Below are positions 55,351 to 64,000 of a DNA stretch of 64,000 bases, piece by piece. A program made the translations under genes and the position numbers. The notes under the pieces were generated by a model that was given only the letters and a program-made list of their open reading frames with translations, was not told the origin of the DNA and ran no database searches. Numbering within the stretch: the first letter of the stretch is position 1; each line of letters begins with the position of its first letter. This DNA comes from Eledone cirrhosa (lineage: Eukaryota): NCBI GenBank assembly GCA_964016885.1, contig OZ024743.1:186124001-186188000 (forward strand), given 5' to 3'.

Positions 55351-55354
55351 CACT

Positions 55355-55420
<66 letters not shown>

Positions 55421-55424
<4 letters not shown>

Positions 55425-56000
55425 GAAATTTAAGTAAGCGAATTAATTACTATAATTTTCTTATTTTACGTCTTTTATATAATTGTTCTGCATCTCTTTG
55501 TATTGAACCACAAAGTTACTAAGACAAAACCTATATCTTTGCTAGCGTAAGTATACATCTGTATAAATATGTTGGTAGATATACTAATTCTTTATAATTA
55601 TCTCCAAATTATTTTGTTGAGCAAAAATTTGCCTAAATTACTACTATGGTTCATAGTATTAAGCTTAGCTACTGTCTTTTTAACACCCCACTCCTCACTG
55701 ATTAACCTCGATGTCACATGATTGATTCTTTTGAATTTGCCACTGACCAGGAAGGCAGTGAAGTTTTCAATGGCTTGGGATTTAGTCTACGCTAGCTTTT
55801 TTCCATCCACTGAATTATTTTGGTATTCGGTCCCCTGTGTCCGCGAATCGCCAGGAATCTTAGCCGAAAATGACTCCCTGGTGAAGAAAGGATTCTCCAT
55901 GGCCTCCATTTGGAGATAATATATATCCCCTTTCAGAAACTAATTAGTTGGAGTGAAATTTAAGTAAGTGAGTTAATTACTATAATTTTCTTATTTTACG

Positions 56001-56011
<11 letters not shown>
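55421..56011 (+). mobile_element. Non-coding hammerhead-bearing element (retrozyme or non-autonomous PLE-like) with 61-bp direct terminal repeats
   Basis: 55421-55481 matches 55951-56011 (3 mismatches); hammerhead fold at 55873-55954; (TA)n on both flanks. Confidence 0.7.
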
Positions 56012-56069
<58 letters not shown>

Positions 56070-56383
56070 TATTCAGTGGTACATAAACATACATATATAT
56101 ATATACTAAGTTAAGGTATCATAACATATATAATATATATAAATATATATATATACTATATACATACTATTTTAAGGTATCAGTACATATTTGATAGGTA
56201 TGATGATCATGTTTCTCAACCTTAGCACTGTACACAATAATTTTCATTATTATATTATTATTTTATAAGCTCAATGGACCATTTTTACCATCTTAAAATA
56301 TGTATATCTTCCTGCATATTATTTTCTCTATATATATGAGTACAAAATACTATGTGTTTCTCAAATGATATATGCTTCTTTCT

Positions 56384-56924
<541 letters not shown>

Positions 56925-57387
56925 CAATCTTAAAATATTTTCATATAAATTTTAGTGTTTAGTTTAATTTCTTTCCACCCATGAAGAGATTTTTGAAAAA
57001 AAAAAAAGAATAAAAAATAAAATAAAGAAAAACAAACAAACAAAAACAAAACAAAACCCCACAAAAACCCCATAAACACAGAAAACACCCACCCCACAGA
57101 ATCAAACAATAAATTGAACATTTTGGCAGGAATATTATGAAAATGCAAGAGAACATATTACAAAAATATTTAATTATTTCATATTTTTTCCATTAACAAG
57201 AACTGGCAATATTTACGTTTTTGTTTCAGTTTTTTTTTCAGCATAAATTTGGGCATTACTTTCATAAGCTTCTCATTCTTCAACACTTTAGTAATCTTCC
57301 TATTTCCTTCTCATTTTATCTGTCATGTGGTTTACTTTTATTGATTTCAGTAAAACTAAAATAACTATTAGTGTTTAAAAACACTAC

Positions 57388-57405
57388 ATCTCTCTCTCTC
57401 TCTCT

Positions 57406-57451
<46 letters not shown>

Positions 57452-57599
57452 TCCCCAAATGACATGTAAGGTGTAAACACTAAGTTATTTGTAGAATATC
57501 CTCTAGCAATTATACATACGCACACACACACACGCACATATATATATACACACACATGTATATACATACATATTTCTACATATATATATGTATAAATAT

Positions 57600-57640
<41 letters not shown>

Positions 57641-57812
57641 TACATACATATACATATATAAACATACATATATACATAAACATACATATATACATACATA
57701 TACATATATACATAACATACATATATATATAAACATACATATATATATAAACATACATAAAGATATATAAACACACATATATATATATAAACATACATAT
57801 ATATATAAACAT

Positions 57813-57849
<37 letters not shown>

Positions 57850-57850
57850 C
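57388..57850. repeat. Compound (TC)/(TA)/(CA) microsatellite region
   Basis: Direct reading; contains a short unique spacer near 57450-57510. Confidence 0.9.
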
Positions 57851-58330
57851 AATTTGATTTAATACCACACTACCAATGGTTTCATGATGAAAACTTATCT
57901 AAATCATAAGGTGCATTTTCTGAAATTCACTTGATTTATGTTTTCATCTGTAAAGCACTGGCTTACCAAATTTTTAATATAAATACTGAATTTCCACATT
58001 GTTTGTTCTTTTCTTTCATTTGCTCCAACAACTATCTATCTATACATCTATCAATCTATCTATCTATCTCAACTCCAATCTCTCTCCTTCTCTCTATCTC
58101 TCTCTCTCTCTATATATATATGTTTCAAAAAGTATCCAGTATGGCTGAAATCATACAAAATGAATAAAATAAGGTGGGAAAAGACAACAGAAAAATGGAC
58201 AAAGCAGGACAGTCCACCCTCATCAGTTGACCACTAGAGGTCCGTTGTTTCAGTGCTTTAAGCTCAATTGCACATGGGATACTTTTTCAAATTGATATAA
58301 ATATACATATATATATATATATATATACAT

Positions 58331-58440
58331 ATTTCATATAGAAATGACTCCTATAGGACTAAAACTGTTTCGTTCATTTGAGATCATCTGAAATGAATGA
58401 AACAGTTCTTGTCCTGTAGAAGTAATTTCTTAATGAAAAT
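58331..58440. repeat. Palindromic PLE-like terminus, same family as 36295-36406
   Basis: AGAAATGACTCCTATAGGACTAAAACTGTTTCGTTCATTT inverted against AAATGAATGAAACAGTTCTTGTCCTGTAGAAGTAATTTCT. Confidence 0.75.
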
Positions 58441-58567
58441 TCTTATAATTTAAATATAACAACATTTATTTTGGTTACCTATCATTTAAATAATATTGAA
58501 TAATTATGTAAGTTACAGCATAACTCCAGCCGTTATCATTGTTATCTATTAATAAAGATATTAACAT

Positions 58568-58762
58568 CAGACCTGACAACCTCTAAAAACCCAAACAGGG
58601 AGTACCATGAAAAAAAGTGCCCCAAAACGGGGAGAAATGAGGCAAAAATGCGGAGATTTTACATAATGAAAGCTATACCCATTTTCACAAAAAAAGACAT
58701 CTCTCACCCACCCAAAGGGGCTGGGAGATCTTCCAATCTGACGGGGAGTGTTGACAGGTCTG
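58568..58762. mobile_element. 195-bp MITE with 13-bp TIRs and 6-bp TSD
   Basis: CAGACCTGACAAC ... GTTGACAGGTCTG (12/13 match); TAACAT at 58562-58567 and 58763-58768. Confidence 0.85.
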
Positions 58763-59309
58763 TAACATTATTATAATAAACTGCATTTATTTATTATTGT
58801 TTTTTCATTTCCTAATAAATTAGTTATAAGTTTCTCATCACCATTAAATGCAACAATCTTTGAAGGCATTCTATAAAATGATGATTTTTACACAATTGAT
58901 ATACACTTTGTTATTATAATGAGAACATTAGCATTCATAGCCAGTAACTGTATTTTTGGGGTACAAGAAGGTGCATCAAAAGATTCTTCAAACTCTTAAC
59001 ACTTTTTCTACTATACCAACCAAACCTATTACTGGTTTTATACATCACTACAGAAAATGGTTATTTCACTATTTACTCAATTTACTGTGTATCGTCTTAC
59101 ATAGATGTCAGGAATAGATAACAAGTCAACAGTGAATGCTATCTGCTGTAGAATGGTACCCGGTGGAGATCTATAATTTATTTGCTTATTACAACAGAAT
59201 TCAAAGCCAAATAATACCTTTTAGAGGTCACTTATTTCTTATATATAAGTAGTGTATTAATGAAATAAAGATAGATCATCATCGTGTGTATATCATAACT
59301 TATACACTG

Positions 59310-59416
59310 TTCACTTTCCTGACATTTGTACATTATTCTATGTACTATACATGCACCTTTGATGAGTTGTACTGCACCTGAGCACTGCACACAATCATTT
59401 TCATCATCATCATTAT
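59310..59416 (+). mobile_element. CR1 3' UTR fragment
   Basis: GAGTTGTACTGCACCTGAGCACT...TTTCATCATCAT, antisense-similar to ~17135-17220. Confidence 0.75.
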
Positions 59417-59650
59417 AGGTGGTGGTTTGGCAGTATCGGTAGAGCGTCAGACGCCATGCTTTGCAGCATAGAGTTATGGTTCTTTAAGTTCTGAGTTCAA
59501 ATCCCACTGAGGTTAGCTTCGCCTTTCATCCTTATGAGATTGATTAAATAAAGCACCGGTAATATACTGGGGTCGATTTAATCGACTTTCCCCTCTCCCA
59601 AAATTGCTGGCCTTGTGCCTAAAGTAGAAACAATTATTATTATTATTATT
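59417..59650 (+). mobile_element. SINE family A, full-length
   Basis: A box TGGCAGTATCGG, B box GAGTTCAAATCC, body, GCTGGCCTTGTGCCTAAAGTAGAAAC and (ATT)n tail. Confidence 0.85.
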
Positions 59651-60144
59651 TTATTTTATTTAACGTCCATTTTCTCTGCTAGCTAGTTGAACTAGTTAGT
59701 TGAACTAATTAGTTGAACTAATATATAAATATTTTCAGCAAATGAAATTTAGGATTTGAGTTTGGTTGCTGGTTGGCATGGCTTTATTTCTTGTTCCTAT
59801 GACTTTTTGAGAAGGGAAGAAATAAATTCTCATTTTTCCTCACTGATAACCTAAGAGAGATTATGTAGATTAATAATAATAATAACTCTAAATGATTTAT
59901 ATCTTATGAATAAATTATAGCTCTGTGTGTATGTGTGTGAGTGTGCATGTGTAGGTGTACATGTGTAGGTGTGTATGTACATGTGTGTGTGTATGTGTAG
60001 GCGTGTATGTACAAGTGTGTATGTACGTGAGTGTGTGTGCGTGTCTAATTGTTTTAATGTTTTGCCTTATTTTTGTTTAGATGATATTTTTTGTTAAGAA
60101 ATTTAATTTTAGTTAAAACTAATAATTGTCTATCAATTTTAAAC

Positions 60145-60372
60145 AATAATGGTTTCTGATTTAGGCACAAGGCCAACAATTTTTTGGGAAGGGAAAACCG
60201 ATTAAATTAACCCCAGTACGTTACTGGTACTTTTTTTTATCGACGCCATAAGAATGAAAGGCAAAGCTAACCTCAGTTCTAGTCCTATAGAAGTCATTTC
60301 TATATGAAATAACCCTATACCTTCTCTACTAATGTATTGAGTACTTTAATTAACTGTGGTATTCTTCTGTTT
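60145..60372. mobile_element. SINE family A 3' half (minus strand) joined to a PLE-like terminus (plus strand)
   Basis: SINE body to ~60275, then CAGTTCTAGTCCTATAGAAG...TGTATTGAGTAC..TAACTGTGGT matching ~36377-36456. Confidence 0.7.
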
Positions 60373-60801
60373 CTTTTGGTAGGTATTTTTTTAATTAAAT
60401 ATGCTCACCTTTTGATTTTCGAATTTGATGTAAGCTTTACTCAACAGAATTTAAGCTTATTTAAAAACAAAAACAAATCATAAAGACCTTAAATTAACCA
60501 TGCTTATATAAAATATAAGCATACTTTAAATGAATATGTTGCAAATGTTCCTGAATATTCATGATGGCAGTCACACCTGTATATTTTCATGTGCGTAAAG
60601 TCAACTGGCCATCTCCCAAAGGAATATTCATAATCCAGAAAGATTCTGGTTGCTGGATGTTTGATATTAAATGATATTTATTAAAAGAAACATGATATGT
60701 TGATGTTGAACAGAGTTTCCTTTACAATTTCAAATCCTTGTTAAATATAACATTTTAAACAGCAGCAGCAGTAATATAAACATTCATATACATATGAATA
60801 T

Positions 60802-60833
<32 letters not shown>

Positions 60834-61996
60834 CACCTTTCTACATACTTAAGATATGTATATCGATGTTATTTTAAGCAGAAATACATAATTTTTTTTA
60901 TCTATGTATGCATTTAAGAATGTGTGCCTATCTAGTTCGTATATATAGTGTTGGCAAGGGATTGAATTTGGAATCTGTTGAAACAAAAACTTACACATTT
61001 AAGATGATATATATTATTTATTTTAATAAACTAATAATTTAATATTAAACCCTTTTATAGTAAGCAATGTAGATTAAATGTATGTATGTTGGTGGTGTGA
61101 ATTTAGGCTGCAAATGATATATATAGACTGAATTATGGTTTACCTGATAAGTCAAATAATGGAATCATTTTAATTGTCATACTCATATATCAGAGTGGCA
61201 CTAAGCAATAACATTCCATACAAAGAATAAAGGGATAGGCCATATCTCTGTAACAGTGGATGGACACTTTAAGAAAACAAATGCAGAAACACGGTTTCTG
61301 AATTAATTCAACTACTTAATTTTTAAAGTAATAAATTTTTCCAACTTTTTAAATCACTTTATTTAAAAATATTTCCTTACTAGTGTCTCTCTGCTATCCA
61401 AGTATCTCATCCTTCAATTATTTCCTCTCCTTCATCAGCTTGTAAAACCACAATATTTCAATTTATCTTATAATCTGTAATTTCTATTGTATATAGGTTC
61501 CCTCTCTACAGCTCTCTGGAGCACCCATTTATATATATATATATATATATATATCTTTCTTATTTATTTAATCAATACACTTAGCTAACCTCTGGTGGTC
61601 AGATAATAGATGATTATAAATTTTGCTTCAAATCTTTTTCTCCCTTCCTGACCCTCTCTGAGGACTTGGGATACATAACCTTTCTGCTTCCATCCCATAC
61701 CTGCCAGGACAAGCTGCAAGCCCATTTCCCTATCAAGAGGTGGTTACCATGTAACATTTGAGATAAGGAATTAGGTATGTAGACAAAAGCAGAAGGAAAA
61801 TTGATTTAAGATGGGGAGAAGCAGACATACCCTCATTAAAGTATATAGTAGCTCACATACACCACTAGGATAGTAAGCCTTAAATCTAAATGTTGACCTC
61901 AGTTCTTGTTTTTATATATTTGTTTACTTGTTGCATTAATGGTTTTTGATTTTTAATCCTTTATTCTTTATTTGCCATCATTATGTTGCTCTCTTG

Positions 61997-62115
61997 TGAA
62001 GGTGCATGGCTTAGTGGAGAGAGAATTTGATTCACAATCACGAGGTTGTGAGTTTGATTCCCTGATCAAGTGATGTGTTGTGTCCTTAAGCAAGACACTT
62101 TATTTTGCATTGCTC
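61997..62115 (+). mobile_element. SINE family B head
   Basis: GCATGGCTTAGTGG...GAGTTTGATTCC...TCCTTAAGCAAGACACTTTATTT. Confidence 0.7.
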
Positions 62116-62411
62116 TTTCTGCCAGGAATTGCAACCAGTAGATAGTATCAGCAATTGAAAGACGAATGGAAACATTGTTTCCTTGGTCTGATTTGATGAT
62201 CTCCACTCTACTCAGTAAGTGTGCGAGGTCTGGGATCTTGTCAATCAATTCCTTTCTTTTTGATCTGTTTTTATTGTTTATATATTTCCTTTTTTAACCT
62301 CTGTTATTTATCAATGTTTATCAGGGATTGGCTGGTTGGTCTACATAAGACCAGGTTGCTGTGACCATAATCATTTGTAAAATCTCCCAGGGAAAATGAA
62401 CAAGCATCAAG

Positions 62412-62449
62412 TCACATGTTACTTGGGTCATAAATATGATTATGCAATC
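62412..62449 (-). CDS. Candidate last coding exon of an unidentified gene ((G)LHNHIYDPSNM*)
   Basis: Acceptor TTGTATTGCAG; phase fits the exon at 63803-63837. Confidence 0.4.
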
Positions 62450-63802
62450 CTGCAATACAATTATGCAACATGTTGAGTCAAATGACAGAAACATGTAAGG
62501 GAGTAATACATCTATTGTTTTTCTATCATTGTTATATGCACACACAATGATGTTTGTTTTTCTTGAGAAAATTATAACTATGTGTAAAAAATAATGCTTA
62601 CTCACAATCATATATACACAAACAAATATATATATATATATATATAGTATGTGTGTATATCAATGTTGTGTGTTTAAATGTATTCATGCACATACACATA
62701 TTAGAGATACAAGATGTATCTCCGAAAGTTTTAATGGTTTAAATAATAATAGTAGTTGTAATTATTATTATTAATATTTATTATTATTATTTTCATCTAT
62801 TTGTATATCAGAATTGAGAACTACAAGAAAAAAAAAAAAAAAATTAGATTTCTCTTTATGAGATCTAAAGAAATTGCCAGAAAGTATTTTCTCTGGGATA
62901 GTAGCACTTCCAAGCAAGCATTTCTGATTTCTAAATTGTATTGATACTTGGTTTCATTTTTAGTCACCTAATGCTCAAATTACTACTGGTATCACATTTG
63001 TTGTGCTTTTTGACATTACTGAACACTCTAATATAAGTATTGGATGTTAGTTTTCAGCTATTCTTAATGAAACATATTGTGAAACCCAGTCACAGTATAA
63101 GTTCTTAGCAGCTCTATCATTTTTAAAAAAAAATACAATAGCATTTATGCTTGTCAGTTTTCCTTAAATGTTTTCAACTAAAGGATCAGTTAAAATTGAT
63201 ATTTGCCAATTGAGTAATCCTGACAAATATTGACTTTATAGGGAGACTGAGGTACACTCAATCAATGGCCATAAAAAATGCTAGCCCAGAAGAATTATAA
63301 ATACTACCATAGTAAAGTATGCTCAAATCTCCATTGGAATTCAGGCTAAAAGTAAACATTTCAAGATTGAAATAGTTATAGTATTTAGTTTTGCCCCTTT
63401 ATAGTATGAGTTCAAATTTTGTTGAGGTTGACTTTGTCTTTTGTAATATTTCTCTAGTATAAAAATACCCTAGTTACATATTGAAGATCAATTCAATTGA
63501 CTATACCTTTCTCCTAGAAATTTGTGATCCTATGTCAATATAAGGAATTATTTATGTTGATAGTTATGACAAACAGTAACAGTAGTTATAAAAATGGGCA
63601 CTATAGTAATAAAATATACAAATGGAGAGAAATAAAAGAAATGGGAGATGCACTGATAGGTAAAGAGGATTGGAAACATCCTAGAGTGGAAAGAAACCAA
63701 AAATGTTTGGATTAAACCCTTCCAAATATGTTATAAATATTTGCTAGTAGAGTTCAACAAATTTATCATTGAAAGCCCTACATCAGTTCCAAAGTTGATT
63801 AC

Positions 63803-63837
63803 CATTCCTAAATTCCAGATCTGAAGACACCTCCAGC
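63803..63837 (-). CDS. Candidate 35-nt exon of an unidentified gene (LEVSSDLEFRN)
   Basis: Acceptor TTCTTTAG, donor GTAATC; frame open and in phase with both neighbours. Confidence 0.45.
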
Positions 63838-63931
63838 CTAAAGAATTACACATTTGTTTTATGCCTGGTAATTACATTGAAAATGTATTATCAAAGAAGA
63901 TATATATATTCATTATTGGTTAAGCAATGAC

Positions 63932-63975
63932 CTACAATTAGTATCACTGAAAGGCTGCAGAAAGGGATTCTGCAT
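63932..63975 (-). CDS. Candidate 44-nt exon of an unidentified gene (MQNPFLQPFSDTNCR)
   Basis: Acceptor TCCTTACAG, weak donor GTCATT; phase 2 joins the next exon in frame. Confidence 0.35.
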
Positions 63976-64000
63976 CTGTAAGGACCAACTGATGACCAAT

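Noticed and set aside
58205-58262. Minus-strand CTGATGA with nearby GAAAC as another hammerhead
   Set aside because: I could not build stems consistent with the motif order.
59417-59510. tRNA genes at SINE heads (also 16853, 34732, 61997)
   Set aside because: A and B boxes are present but there is no cloverleaf, and each runs into a SINE body.
62321-62611. 96-aa hydrophobic ORF as a single-exon membrane protein
   Set aside because: No recognisable family; a splice acceptor inside it fits better with a short terminal exon in another frame.

Overview
AT-rich, repeat-dominated eukaryotic DNA; the repeat families suggest a coleoid cephalopod such as an octopod (inference). Bases 1-16210 are a 32-bp satellite array with two main monomer variants, a 16-bp sub-repeat and kb-scale higher-order duplications. 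It appears to lie in an intron of a MIC19/CHCHD3-like gene whose last two coding exons are at 17939-18074 and 20028-20054 (+). Bases ~20.5-50 kb are a nest of retroelements, many inserted in (TA)n tracts: several RTE/BovB-type LINEs (one with an unbroken ORF, most with a PHD-type finger inside the RT region), CR1, Ingi/Vingi-like and RTEX-like fragments, Penelope-like elements with hammerhead-ribozyme motifs, Helitron remnants, tRNA-derived SINEs and MITEs. Notable structures are a 530-nt non-coding hammerhead element whose 5' end sits at its own predicted cleavage site, hammerhead-centred palindromes, inverted duplications pivoting on (TA)n tracts, an RTE/CR1 chimera and a 5'-inverted Vingi-like insertion. 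The right end holds three small candidate 3' exons of an unidentified minus-strand gene. Most short ORFs in the supplied track are microsatellite or antisense artefacts. All calls were made by eye, and boundaries of decayed repeats are approximate.
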